Positions 9,529 through 19,807 are shown, counted from the first letter of the stretch. The stretch is DNA of 64,000 bases from an uncultured Nitrososphaerota archaeon (GCA_963718895.1 CAVRAG010000007.1:608001-672000); one strand, 5' to 3'. Notes: a model not told the origin generated them from the letters alone. Made by a program: numbers and translations.

Positions 9529-10770
9529 TTGAGTAATTTCGAAGATATGGAAGCTCGACCCGCCCTGTAATAGGGGAGTCGAGGGAATGGGGTTCAAGAA
9601 GCCGACGCCCATCCAGGAGAGGGCCATCGGTCCGCTGATGAAAGGCAGGGACGTCATAGGGCAGGCAAAGACGGGCTCCGGAAAGACCGTGGCATTCTCG
9701 TTGCCGCTCTTGCAATCCATCGATGTGAGAGACCGCCAGAGTCCAGGCCCTGGTCCTGGCTCCGACGCGGGAGCTCGCGGTCCAGATTACGCAGGAGATG
9801 AGGAAGGTCGGCACACATACCGGTGTCAGGGTCGTGACCATCTACGGGGGCCAGTCGATAGGCGCCCAGCGGGACGAGCTGAGGCGAGGAGCCCAAGTCG
9901 TCGTCGGCACCACCGGCCGGGTCATCGACCACATAAGCGAAGGTGGCTAGACTTGGGCTCGGTCAGGTTCGTGGTCCTTGACGAGGCGGACACGATGCTC
10001 GACATGGGTTTCATCGACGACGTCGACTTCATCCTCGGCTGCATCCAGGGGAAGAAGCAGGTGTGCATCTTCTCTGCCACCATGCCGCAGAAGATAACGG
10101 AGCTCTCCAGGAAGTACATGAACGAACCCCGAGAAGATCCTCGATGGACTCGGACGAGCCCTCAGTCGAGACGCTCGACCAGTACTACGCCGTGCTCAAG
10201 CACGACGAGAAGCTCGGGTTCCTCACGGACCTGCTCCAGAAGGAGCGCCCTGCAAGCGCGATCATCTTCCGCAGGACCAAGCACGGGGCCGACAAGCTCG
10301 CGATGGACCTCCACAGGAAGGGGTACGAGGTCGTGCCACTGCACGGGAACCTCTCGCAGAACGACAGAGACCACTACATGAACGCATTCAGGGACGGCCG
10401 CGCAGACGTCCTCGTCGCCACGGACATCGCGAGCAGGGGCATAGACGTGTCTCAAGTGGCCTGCGTGGTGAACTACGACGTACCCGTCGACCCGCTGATC
10501 TACTTCCACAGGGTGGGAAGGACGGCCAGGGCCGGGAGGCAGGGGAAGGCATACTCCTTCGTCTCGAAGGAGGAGTCGGGTGATTTCGGCCGGATCCTAA
10601 GGATGACCAAGGCACCGATAGTGCCCATGAGGCCAGAGGACAAGCTGCACACGTTCAGTCCAAACCAGCCCAGCGGGCCCAGCGGGCACAGCGGCGGAGG
10701 TCGGAGGACCAACAACTACCGCCAACGCAGAGAAAGGACGAACAACCAGCCGCGCTGGACCCACCGCTGA
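9529..10770 (+). CDS. DEAD-box RNA helicase (several frameshifts)
   Basis: Q motif GFKKPTPIQ, AKTGSGKT, DEAD, SAT, ATDIASRGID and HRVGRTARAG, spread over three frames. TTG start at 9529 is inferred (SNFEDM). Confidence 0.93.
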
Positions 10771-10778
10771 GGACAGCG

Positions 10779-11156
10779 GCAGATGGCAACGTCTATGCCC
10801 TGAACGCTACTACCGGCGCGAGGGTGTGGGTATTCATGACTGGTTACGCGGTCGTTTCTTCACCGACCGTCGTTAACGGCGTGGTCTACTTTGGGTCGAA
10901 CAACGGCAACGGCTACGCTTTGGACGCCAATACCGGGGCGAAGGACTGGAGTTACCTGACCAGCAAGGCCGTCGCGGCAATCCCCGCGGTCGTCGGGGGA
11001 GCGAGCCTGGTAATGTGCGTGATTGGCGCCTTCTCTAGCACCTTCCCTGTGCCTCCAACGGGAGGGAGAGACATCTTCAACCACAGCAGGCTCCTGTGGA
11101 TCGTATTCTTCGTCGCCACTCTGGCCGTCTTCGGCGCCTGGCTTCTTCTAATGTGA
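10779..11156 (+). pseudogene. Fragment of a PQQ-type beta-propeller repeat protein with a hydrophobic tail
   Basis: DGNVYALNATTGARVW and SSPTVVNGVVYFGSNNGNGYALDANTGAKDW. Only about two blades and no clear start. Confidence 0.6.
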
Positions 11157-11298
11157 TGAACCAGTCAGGGTTCGGAAGACTTGTAGTCTCTGAACGCGCC
11201 GGCAATACGGGAGCCTGGTCGTGTTGCCCATCCGAATCGAGGCGGATCTTCAGCAAGGGCAACCCATCACCTTTCTCAAGCTTACCGCATAAAAGAAT

Positions 11299-11415
11299 TG
11301 GCGGGCCCGGCCGGATTTGAACCAGCGACCCCCGGCTTACTTCACGGAGGGTACCGAAGGCATGCACGAACCTGAGTCAGTTCTCGATGCCCTATCCATA
11401 CTAGGCGACGGGCCC
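11299..11415 (-). tRNA. tRNA-Arg(UCG) with two introns (29/30, 23 nt; 37/38, 16 nt) and encoded CCA
   Basis: Reverse complement: GGGCCCG TC GCCT AGTATGGATA GGGC A TCG[AGAACTGACTCAGGTTCGTGCAT]GC CT TCG G[TACCCTCCGTGAAGTA]A GCCGG GGGTC GCTGG TTCAAAT CCGGC CGGGCCC G CCA. Both introns fold into bulge-helix-bulge motifs. Confidence 0.93.
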
Positions 11416-11440
11416 GAAGACGCACCCAAGACGGGGGCTA

Positions 11441-12487
11441 TTAACCAATTACTGACAGCAGGTTCTCCTCGACGGGGCTTCCAATCAGACCGCGGTCTGT
11501 TATGATACCCGTGACAAGCTCAGGAGGGGTCTTGTCGAACGCCGGGTTCACCACCGGCACGCCCTTCGGGGCAATCCTCCTCCCCTTGACCCGAACGACC
11601 TCGTCGTAGGACCTCTCCTCGATCACTATCTGGTCGTGGGTCCGCTCCATGTCAAAGGTCGATCTGGGCGCTGCGGCGTAAAACGGGACCCGGTGCCTGC
11701 TGGCGAGGACGGCGACCTGGTACGTTCCTATCTTGTTGAAGACGTAGCCGTCCCTCGTGATCCTGTCCGCGCCGACGATCACCTTGTCCACCCTGCCGCT
11801 GCCCATCATGAACCCCACCGCCGTGTCCGAGATCAGCGTGCAGTGGAAGCCGTCGCGCACCAGTTCGAACGCCGTCAGCCGGGACCCCTGGAGCGCAGGT
11901 CTGGTCTCGTTGACGATGACCTTCACGCACCTTCCCGCCTCTCTGGCGGCCCTGATGACGCCCAGAGCCGTGCCGTACCCGACGGTGGCGAGCGCCCCAG
12001 CGTTGCACTGCGTCATCACGACGTCGCCGTCCTCGAGGAGACCGGCCCCGAACGTCCCCAGCCTCCTGTTGGCCTCGACGTCCTCCTCCGCCATCCTCTT
12101 CGCCTCCTCGACCGTCGCCTCCCGGATGGCCCCGACACTTCGCTCGGCCTCCCTCGCCGTCGCGACTACCCTGTCGATCCCCCAGAACAGGTTCACGGCG
12201 GTGGGGCGGGTCCTCCTGAGACCGTCGGCCGCCTTCTCGATCTCCTTGAGGAGCTGTTCTCGGCTCCCGGCGGTGGAATGGGTCGCCGCGAGGGCCACCC
12301 CCATCGCCGCTGCCACGCCTATCGCCGGGGCTCCCCTGATGACCATGCGCCTTATGGCATCGGCGACGCCCTCCCACGAGTCGAAGCTCTTGTAGACCAG
12401 ACGCTGAGGCAGCGCCGTCTGGTCAATCATCTTTACGGTGCCCTCCTCCCACATCACCGTCCGGAGGGAGAAGAAGTTCTCTCTCAA
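11441..12487 (-). CDS. mtnA: S-methyl-5-thioribose-1-phosphate isomerase (eIF-2B alpha/beta/delta family)
   Basis: IDQTALP, IRGAPAIG, TRPTAVNL, CNAGALAT, ETRPALQGSRLTAFEL, GADRI, NKIGTY. Confidence 0.92.
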   Translation of the reverse strand: MRENFFSLRTVMWEEGTVKMIDQTALPQRLVYKSFDSWEGVADAIRRMVIRGAPAIGVAAAMGVALAATHSTAGSREQLLKEIEKAADGLRRTRPTAVNLFWGIDRVVATAREAERSVGAIREATVEEAKRMAEEDVEANRRLGTFGAGLLEDGDVVMTQCNAGALATVGYGTALGVIRAAREAGRCVKVIVNETRPALQGSRLTAFELVRDGFHCTLISDTAVGFMMGSGRVDKVIVGADRITRDGYVFNKIGTYQVAVLASRHRVPFYAAAPRSTFDMERTHDQIVIEERSYDEVVRVKGRRIAPKGVPVVNPAFDKTPPELVTGIITDRGLIGSPVEENLLSVIG

Positions 12488-12575
12488 TTCGTCGATGTGA
12501 GTCCCTGCTGCGTCTAATAGACTTTCCAGCGTCTGAAACGCTTATTATCGCACCGGAGGCGCGACCTGATGAAAA

Positions 12576-13121
12576 TTGGAGAGCCAGGAAAAGGCACCAG
12601 AGGCCTTGGACGCGCTGCTCAGGGGCGAGAAGGTCGTCGTCGAGGACAGCGGCAGGTTCGGCGAGCTTGAGCAGGTCGGCTACGGCGAGAGGGAAGGAAA
12701 GAGGCTGGTTCTCAAGGACTACGAAGCTCTCTATTTACTATTCAGCGGCAGGCTGAACCTGAAGGACGACCGAGGCAGACGGGTCACGTTCAACCAACTG
12801 GCTGAGGTCAGCCAGGCGCGGGCGGGAGACGCCTGGACCAAGTTCATGATCTACAGAGACCTGAGGTCGAGGGGGTACATAGTGAAGGATGGGTTCGGGT
12901 TCGGGACCGACTTGAGAGTCTACGAGAGAGGCGATTTTCCCGAGAAGGCCGCGAAGTTCGTCGTCTTCGCGCTCGATGAGGGCACCGAGAGGGAGGTCGA
13001 GGAGCTGAGCGATTCGGTACGCCAGATAGTGAAGATGGGCAAGGAGGCGATAGTCGCGGTCATAGAGAGGAGGGGAGAGGTCATCTACTACAAGGTCGGA
13101 AGGGCGAACTTCCACAAGTAG
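12576..13121 (+). CDS. endA: tRNA splicing endonuclease subunit, probably the structural (non-catalytic) subunit
   Basis: EALYLL, IYRDLRSRGYIVKDGFGFGTDLRVY, IVAVIERRGEVIYY. There is no His after the VY motif. Confidence 0.85.
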   Translation: MESQEKAPEALDALLRGEKVVVEDSGRFGELEQVGYGEREGKRLVLKDYEALYLLFSGRLNLKDDRGRRVTFNQLAEVSQARAGDAWTKFMIYRDLRSRGYIVKDGFGFGTDLRVYERGDFPEKAAKFVVFALDEGTEREVEELSDSVRQIVKMGKEAIVAVIERRGEVIYYKVGRANFHK

Positions 13122-13129
13122 TGTGACAC

Positions 13130-13975
13130 TTGAGCCTCCGGGCCTTCGTCTCTATCCTGAGGCCGATCAACTGCGCGATGATTGGCTTCGCTGTGATAGT
13201 CGGCGCGTTCGTGTCAAAGCCCCCGACCGTCGATGTGGCTGACCTCCTCCTCGGCTTCTTCACGGGCTTCGCGATCTGCGGCTACTCCATGGTGATCAAC
13301 GACTACTACGACATCGAGGTCGACAGGGTCAACCAGCCCGACCGGCCCCTGCCGAGCGGCGCGGTCTCGCCGCGCGGGGCCATCTTCCTCGCGTTGGCAA
13401 TGCTCGCCGTCGGGGTGGCGGCTTCAGTCGTCCTGCTGAGCGGGGCGGCGCTCGCCGTCGCTCTGCTCTACGCGTTCCTGTCGTGGCTCTACAATTACAG
13501 GGCGAAGAGCTACGGGCTCTCGGGCAACCTCATCGTGGCTTCTTCGCTCGCGATCCCCTTCATCTACGGCGGCCTGGTGGCCGGCGGGAGCGTAACGAGC
13601 TCACTCCTCCTCTTCATGGCGGGGACGGCCTTCCTCTCTGGGGTCGGGAGGGAAGTGGTCAAGGCGATGGCCGACACCGTCGGGGACGAGAAGAGGGGCA
13701 TAAGGTCGTTCGCGAGGGTCCACGGGATGAGGCAGGCCTCGGCCGCGGGGGCTGCGTTCTTCCTGGCCTCAGTCGTCTCGAGCCTCATCCCGCTGCTCGT
13801 GCTCTCGGTCAGCCTCTTCTACAAGTTCGGGGTGGCCGTTCCGGACGTCGTCTTCGTCTACTTGGCCTACGCGATCCTGAGCAAGCCTGGCGCAGAGCAG
13901 GCGCTGAAGGTCAAGAAGCAGGCGCTCTTGGGGATGCTAATAGGCCTCATCGTCTTCATAGGAGGAGCATTCTAG
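13130..13975 (+). CDS. Digeranylgeranylglyceryl phosphate synthase (UbiA family)
   Basis: LRPINC, INDYYDIEVDRVNQPDRPLPSG, GREVVKAMADTVGD; multi-TM. Confidence 0.9.
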   Translation: MSLRAFVSILRPINCAMIGFAVIVGAFVSKPPTVDVADLLLGFFTGFAICGYSMVINDYYDIEVDRVNQPDRPLPSGAVSPRGAIFLALAMLAVGVAASVVLLSGAALAVALLYAFLSWLYNYRAKSYGLSGNLIVASSLAIPFIYGGLVAGGSVTSSLLLFMAGTAFLSGVGREVVKAMADTVGDEKRGIRSFARVHGMRQASAAGAAFFLASVVSSLIPLLVLSVSLFYKFGVAVPDVVFVYLAYAILSKPGAEQALKVKKQALLGMLIGLIVFIGGAF

Positions 13976-13976
13976 A

Positions 13977-15153
13977 GTGTGGGTCGAGAAGTACAGGCCT
14001 AGGAGAATGTCGGAGATGGTCGGAAACGAGGAGGCCAGGATGGCGGTCGGTCTCTGGCTGAAGGAGTGGAAGCCGGGGAAGAAGGCGATGCTGCTCGTTG
14101 GCCCACCCGGGACCGGCAAGACGACGATGGTCACACTCCTGGCGAAGGAGTCAGGGATGAACATGGTCGACCTCAACGCGAGCGACGTGAGGACCAAGGA
14201 GAAGCTCGAGAAGAAGATAGGAGAGGCGATACAGACCCTGGGCCTCTTCGGGGAGAGGTCGCTCATCTTCCTGGACGAGGTCGACGGGCTGCTCGGGAGG
14301 TCCGACTACGGGGGAGTCGAGTTCATCAAGGACGCTGTCAAGGCGACACAGAACCCCATCATTATGGCCGCGAACGACCAGGACGCCGACGAGATAAGGA
14401 AGCTAGGCTCCTCCTGCATCACTGTCCGGTTCAAGCCCCCGCCTCCCAGAGAAGTGGAGATGTATCTCAGGAGGATAGCAGAAGGCGAGGGAGCAACTGT
14501 ATCCACCGATGCATTCCAGAGCTATGTGACGCGCTCCGGGGGTGACCTGAGGACCGCGGTCAACCTCATGCAGAGCAAGGGGGAGTCGGACTCCGCCGCC
14601 TTCAAGGACGTCTCGCAGTCCGTGAGCCAGGGCCTGAACGCGTTCTTCGAGGCGCATGACGCCGCCTCCGCGCTGGCCGGCCTCAGGGCCGTCTCGCTCC
14701 CGCCCGTGGAGAAGGTGAGGGAGATCCACACCTGTGTCGTGAAGGCGAGGCTCTCGCCGGGCAAGCTGGCCTCGGCGCTGGAGGTCATCTCCAGGGCAGA
14801 CATGATAATGGGTGAGATAGGCGCCACCCGAGAGTGGAGGCTTCTGCGCTACCTCGACTCGATGCTCTCGCAGGAGCTCTTCCCGATTTTGAAGGGTGAG
14901 AACGTGAGATACGTCTCCGAGGACTCTCCCATTCCCCGTACTGCTGAGGATATGGAACGACTCGAAGAAGATAAGGGAGCTCTCGGCGAGGTACGCGAGC
15001 CGCGCCTCGACGAGCGGCGCCAGCGCGCGGACGCAGGACCTCCCCTTCATCTTTATGCTGTGTGCATCCAAGGACTTCAGAACCCGGCTCGAGAGGATCC
15101 TCGACCTCGACGAGACCTATGACAAGTTCCTTGTCAAGGAGGCGGGACGCTGA
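13977..15153 (+). CDS. rfcL: Replication factor C large subunit (frameshift near 14930)
   Basis: WVEKYRP, GPPGTGKTT, LNASDVR, DEVDG, GDLRTAVN, WRLLRY. The tail continues in a shifted frame to TGA 15151-15153. Confidence 0.9.
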
Positions 15154-15482
15154 AGATCCTCATCGGAGGCTGGTTCACCCTCCCCAGGCTCGGGAGGGAG
15201 GATTTCTCGCTCCTGATGAGGCAGGGTGTGAGGTACGACAAGGCGATGGGATTCAAGATGGACGCCGAGACAGACCTGGAGTCAGCGGTCAGGACCATCA
15301 GGTCTGCCGTCGGGGAGGATGTCGAGCTGACCGTGCGGTGCTTTGTGTGTGGAAGGGAATCCTGCGAGGGGTGCGCTTACGCGAAGGTCTGCGACAGGAG
15401 GAAGGTCTCCTCGATGTGCCTCTGCGCGGAGCACGGCCCGGAGACGGGGGTCTATCGATCTGTACGTGAAGGCCCTCACTGA
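15150..15482 (+). CDS. Small Cys-rich, putatively metal-binding protein
   Basis: The frame is open from CTG 15150 (LKILIGGWFTLPRLG) and contains CFVC, CEGC, C and CLCAEH. Start is uncertain. Confidence 0.65.
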   Translation: MKILIGGWFTLPRLGREDFSLLMRQGVRYDKAMGFKMDAETDLESAVRTIRSAVGEDVELTVRCFVCGRESCEGCAYAKVCDRRKVSSMCLCAEHGPETGVYRSVREGPH

Positions 15483-15490
15483 GACAACCG

Positions 15491-15790
15491 TCAGTTGAAG
15501 GTCATCTCGGCGGACTGGGCGGAGGCGAGCGACCTCCAGTCGGCCAGGAACTGCTGCAGCAGGGACGCCTGAGGGCTCGAGTGGTTGACCCTGAATATCC
15601 GTATCCTGTTGAACCTCTTCTCAGTGACGAGCCCCGCCTTGACCAGGAACGCCAGGTGGAGCTCGACCGACGAATGGGATATCCCCGACCTCCGGGTTAT
15701 CTCGGAGATGTTCAGTTCGTTGCTCGCCATCATGACAGACATCACCTTCACGCGTCCGTAGGAGGAGAAGACGTCTTCAACCTCTAACAT
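15491..15790 (-). CDS. ArsR-like winged-helix DNA-binding protein
   Basis: VFSSYGRVKVM..ELNISEITRRSGISHSSVELHLAFLVKAGLV; overlaps the cdc6 stop. Confidence 0.85.
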   Translation of the reverse strand: MLEVEDVFSSYGRVKVMSVMMASNELNISEITRRSGISHSSVELHLAFLVKAGLVTEKRFNRIRIFRVNHSSPQASLLQQFLADWRSLASAQSAEMTFN

Positions 15791-16949
15791 CGGCGACCAT
15801 GCCTCTCAGTTCGTCTATGAGCTGCTCTGCCGAGACGAGCGAGAGTCCAATCATGGTGGTCCTTCCCCGCACGCCCTTTCCGGATATCTGGGTCTCTATA
15901 ATCCCCTTGCGTGACAGCTCGTTGATGTCGCTCCAGACCTGCGTGTGGTGGTTCGCGGCTACGCCCATGCTCTCGCAGAGCGCGTCGTAGCTCTTCTCCG
16001 CCTCGCCTATCGTGATGTAGGCCGAGTCGCTCTTCTTGAGGAGGTTGGAGATGGAAATCAGGATCAGTCTCTGGTGTCTGCCGAGGTAGGCCAGCTCCTC
16101 CTTCTTGAACTGCGGAGGCAGCGAGGCCTTTGCGCGTCGCACGTGCTCGGGCGTGATCCTTGGAGAGCCGGCGAGGTCGGCCATCCTCCCGGCCCTGTAA
16201 ATCAGGTCGAGTGCGTACCGCGCGTCCCCGTAGGTGCTGGCTATCTCTGCGGCCAGCTCGAGCGAGTCATCCTCAACGCAGCCGTCGTTGAACGCATCCT
16301 GGCTCCTGGAGGCCAGGATGTCATAGAGCTGCTGCGACGAGTAGGGGTCGAGCGATATCGAGTTCCACTGGAGGGAACTGAGGGTGCTGAGGTCCGCAGC
16401 CTTCAGGTAGTCCAGCGTCTTCGATATCAGGAGCGATGAGAAGACCTGCGCGCCCTGCGAAATCTCGCGGAGCCTGGTTATGGTGTAGAGCGAAGAAGAG
16501 TCGGAGGTGACGAGCGAGTCGACCTCGTCGAAGGCCACGATAAGGTGTATCTTGTCGCCGGCCAGCGCCTCAAAGAACGATTGGAGCAGCTCTTCGAACC
16601 CGAACCCCCTTGACGGGTAGCCGTGCCCGAGGAAGTGCATGCACTTTGTCAGGACGGCCTGCAACGACCGATCAATCCTGCAGTTTACGTGAAAGAACTT
16701 CACGCGGTTGCCGTAGAGCAGGGCGTTCTTCTCGAGCGTTGCGCCCACCTTCTTGGCGAGCATGGTCTTGCCCGATCCGACGGGGCCGGAGAGCATGACG
16801 TTCTGGCTCATCTGCCCGGAGCGCTCGACGACGCCCTGAAAGTACATCTCCAGGGCCTTCATCTGGTCGTCCCTGTGCGGCGTGGACAGCGGGACGAACT
16901 CTGGAACGAGCACACTCTCATTCCGGAGGACGGACTGATGTTGGCTCAT
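15777..16949 (-). CDS. cdc6: Orc1/Cdc6 replication initiator
   Basis: PHRDDQM, GPVGSGKT, HVNCR, DEVD, PYSSQQLYDILASR, GDARYALD, C-terminal wHTH ending GRTT. Confidence 0.93.
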   Translation of the reverse strand: MSQHQSVLRNESVLVPEFVPLSTPHRDDQMKALEMYFQGVVERSGQMSQNVMLSGPVGSGKTMLAKKVGATLEKNALLYGNRVKFFHVNCRIDRSLQAVLTKCMHFLGHGYPSRGFGFEELLQSFFEALAGDKIHLIVAFDEVDSLVTSDSSSLYTITRLREISQGAQVFSSLLISKTLDYLKAADLSTLSSLQWNSISLDPYSSQQLYDILASRSQDAFNDGCVEDDSLELAAEIASTYGDARYALDLIYRAGRMADLAGSPRITPEHVRRAKASLPPQFKKEELAYLGRHQRLILISISNLLKKSDSAYITIGEAEKSYDALCESMGVAANHHTQVWSDINELSRKGIIETQISGKGVRGRTTMIGLSLVSAEQLIDELRGMVADVRG

Positions 16950-17079
16950 TCCAAATGAGAATTAGGTCGATTTTCCATATATAACCATGATACTCCTGCA
17001 GGATCGGAGCGTCATGGGTGGGTAGACTGAAACTGTTCCAACGCTCTCTTAAATAATCAAGGGGCGGCGAAGCCGAAAG

Positions 17080-17670
17080 ATGGGCTACTTTCCGAGGGGG
17101 CAGAACCTGTCCTCGTCCATCACCTTTATCCTGCTCATCACGAATGTCGCCGTCTTCATCGTCACGCTCGCAGGGGGCGAGGAGGTCGTTCTCCTGCTGG
17201 CGCAGACCGGCGAGCTGTTCTACGCAGGGTTCTACTGGCAGCCCTTTACGGCGATGTTCGTCCACTTCGACATCCTCCACATCCTCTTCAACATGTTCGC
17301 GCTCGTCTACTTCGGGACGGTGGTCGAAGGCAGCTATTCGAGATCCCAGTACCTCGCGGTGTACTTCGGTGCCGGGCTCCTCGGTAACGCGGCGTCTCTC
17401 TTCCTCATCCCTTCGAATGACCCGACTGGCGGCGCGTCAGGGGCGATATTCGGGCTCGTGGGGGCGTACGTGGCCATGGAGAGGAAGGGGCCGGGGTTGG
17501 TGATTGCCGTCCTCTATGCGACGCTGATCTTCGTAGACAGCTCGGGACCCGGGGTGAACATCTTCGCGCACCTATTCGGGGTCCTGACCGGTTTCGGGCT
17601 CGGGCTAATCTTCGTCGCTCAGGAACCGAGGGCACGAGCTCTAGGGCCTTCCTCCCTCTACAGTCTATAA
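17080..17670 (+). CDS. Rhomboid-family intramembrane serine protease
   Basis: WQPFTAMFVH, HILFNM, GASG, AHLFG. Confidence 0.93.
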   Translation: MGYFPRGQNLSSSITFILLITNVAVFIVTLAGGEEVVLLLAQTGELFYAGFYWQPFTAMFVHFDILHILFNMFALVYFGTVVEGSYSRSQYLAVYFGAGLLGNAASLFLIPSNDPTGGASGAIFGLVGAYVAMERKGPGLVIAVLYATLIFVDSSGPGVNIFAHLFGVLTGFGLGLIFVAQEPRARALGPSSLYSL

Positions 17671-17693
17671 AGGGCCGCGACGGTCCGGAGAGC

Positions 17694-18723
17694 ATGAAGG
17701 CTGTCCGGTTCCATGAGTACGGCGGTCCAGAGGTCTTGAAGTACGAGGACGCGCCCGATCCCGTGCGCGGGCCAGAGCAGGTGCTGGTGAGGGTGAAGGC
17801 CTGTGCCCTCAACCGCCTTGACGTCTGGCAGAGGATCGGGCCTCCGAGGGTCAAGGTCATCCTTCCACACATCTCAGGCTCTGACATCTCGGGAGTGGTG
17901 GAGGAGGTGCCGCACGACGAGAAGGAGCTCCAGAGGGGCGCCGAAGTCATAGTCAACCCCGGTGTAGGCTGCGGCAGATGCGAGAAGTGCTTGTCTGGAA
18001 AGGACAACCAGTGCAGATACTACGGAATCATCGGGAGCGAGTTCGATGGAGGCTACGCGGAGCTTGTCTCGGTGCCTGAGGAGGAACGTGGTCCCGAAGC
18101 CGGAGCGGATGGACTTCGTCCAGGCGGCCTCCGTCCCCTTGGTCTTTCTAACGGCCTACCACATGCTCGTCAGGAAGGCCGCGGTCGAGCCCGGAGAGAC
18201 CGTGCTCGTCCTCGGGGCTGGGTCGGGGGTCGGGATCGCTGCGATTCAGATCGCCAAGGCGTGCGGAGCGAACGTGGTGGCTACAGCGGGCTCGGACGCG
18301 AAGCTGCGGAGGGCGGTCGAACTGGGCGCCGACGCCGTCGTGAACCACAACTCCCAGGACATCGTCCAGGAGACGAGGAGGTACACAGGGGGGAGAGGGG
18401 TGGACGTGGTCGTCGAGCACGTCGGAAAGGCCACCTGGGACAGGAGCATAAAATCGGTGGCAAAGGGCGGTCGGGTAGTCACCTGCGGCGCCACAACAGG
18501 CTACGACGCCGAGACAGACCTCCGCTACATCTACAGCAAGGAAATCTCGATCTATGGCAGCTTCATGGGTGGGGCCGGGGAACTTCTCAGCGTTCTAGAG
18601 CTCTTCAAGCAGCGGAGGATGAGACCCGTCGTCGACAGGGAGTTTCCTCTGAGCGGCGCGGCGGACGCGCAGACCAGGATGGAGAAGGGGGAGCACTTCG
18701 GCAAGATAGTCTTGACGGTCTAG
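17694..18723 (+). CDS. Zn-binding alcohol dehydrogenase / quinone oxidoreductase (frameshift near 18080)
   Basis: CGRCEKC..NQC structural zinc site, GAGSGVG, GEHFGKIVL. Confidence 0.9.
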
Positions 18724-19148
18724 GTCTCGACGATTTCGTAGCTGTAGTCGATCTTCGCGCGGGCGTTCACCGTCGCGGCGACGCTGCAGTACTTCTCCAT
18801 GCTGCCCCTCACAGCCTCGTCGACGTACTTCTTCTCGAGGCCCCTGCCCGCCAGGACATACTTCACCGAGATTGAGGTGAATGGCTTGGGGTGGCCATAT
18901 TCAGGCCTGACACCGCTTATCGTGACCCTAATCGAGGTAACATCCTGTTTCCTCTTGCCGAGCACAGCGACGATGTCCATCCCGGAGCAGGCCCCGAGAG
19001 AGGCCAGCAGGGCGTTCATCGGGGTCATTCCCTTCGGGACGCCCTTCTCGGGCGCGTCGAAGACCAAGGAATGGCCTGACTCGTCACTTCCGAGGAAGGT
19101 GTAGCCCTCAAGCCAATCCACGACTACCTCCGGCGCTGGCTTATCCAA
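18720..19148 (-). CDS. OsmC/YhfA-family protein
   Basis: LASLGACSGMD and EKYCSVAATV; shares CTAG with the convergent gene. Confidence 0.9.
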   Translation of the reverse strand: MDKPAPEVVVDWLEGYTFLGSDESGHSLVFDAPEKGVPKGMTPMNALLASLGACSGMDIVAVLGKRKQDVTSIRVTISGVRPEYGHPKPFTSISVKYVLAGRGLEKKYVDEAVRGSMEKYCSVAATVNARAKIDYSYEIVET

Positions 19149-19192
19149 TTCTCAGCTCAACCGGACCGGTCTTTCCAGATATCGTGCCCTTC

Positions 19193-19693
19193 TCAAGGTA
19201 GCTCCTCCGTCCCCAGCCGATGTCCACTGAACCGACTATCTTGTGCGAGCCCCTCCCGAGGCTGGAGGCTGGAATCTCGAAGAGCTTGACGACGTCCAGG
19301 AACTTCGACTTCGCGTCCTCGACGCTCTCTGGGATGATGGGAGCGCTCCCGTCTTCGTGGATGATCGCAGTCCAAATCCGGTATGGAAGGTCCGGGTCGC
19401 GGCTCCAGTAGAACTTTGCCCTCCTGACTTCCTTCCCCGTGGTGGCCAGCCTTGCCGCTTCCCTTGCGCAGCGACGCCTCCATCTTCATCCGCACCATCT
19501 TGTCGTTGTCCTCCCACGCGACCGTCCAGACGTCCGGGATGAACGACTCCCTCAGACCCCCGATTACCCTGAACCCAAGGTTGATCCTGATTGCCTCGTC
19601 GAGCTTGTACTCTCTTGATTCTGGGATCAGGCTCAGGTCGGCGAGCATGGTCTTGCCCCAAGAGTATTCGCTTCGCCTGTTCATCAGGGACAT
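19193..19693 (-). CDS. Hypothetical protein (probably frameshifted)
   Basis: Plausible N-terminus after a TATA-like TTATAA; the reading appears to switch frames near 19440. Confidence 0.5.
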   Translation of the reverse strand: MSLMNRRSEYSWGKTMLADLSLIPESREYKLDEAIRINLGFRVIGGLRESFIPDVWTVAWEDNDKMVRMKMEASLRKGSGKAGHHGEGSQEGKVLLEPRPGPSIPDLDCDHPRRRERSHHPRERRGREVEVPGRRQALRDSSLQPREGLAQDSRFSGHRLGTEELP

Positions 19694-19807
19694 GATTTCG
19701 GCGTCTCGAAGAAATCAGGGTTATAAATCTGAGACGCCTACCTCCGGTAACCGCCCCGTCATCGCGCAAACGCCTATAAGCCGTTTGAGCACGCTCGCTG
19801 TCTTCTC

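Noticed and set aside
11153-11193. C/D box sRNA (GTGATGA ... CTGA)
   Set aside because: Spacing is only 41 nt, there are no convincing C'/D' boxes, and the CTGA lies inside a hairpin stem.
11338-11353. Second Arg anticodon (CT CCG) inside intron 2, suggesting alternative splicing
   Set aside because: No alternative BHB would place it in an anticodon loop; likely coincidence.
16950-17079. Replication origin next to cdc6
   Set aside because: Only 130 bp. A TTCCA/GAAAC-like fragment is present, but I see no repeated ORB with a G-string and no extended AT-rich unwinding element.
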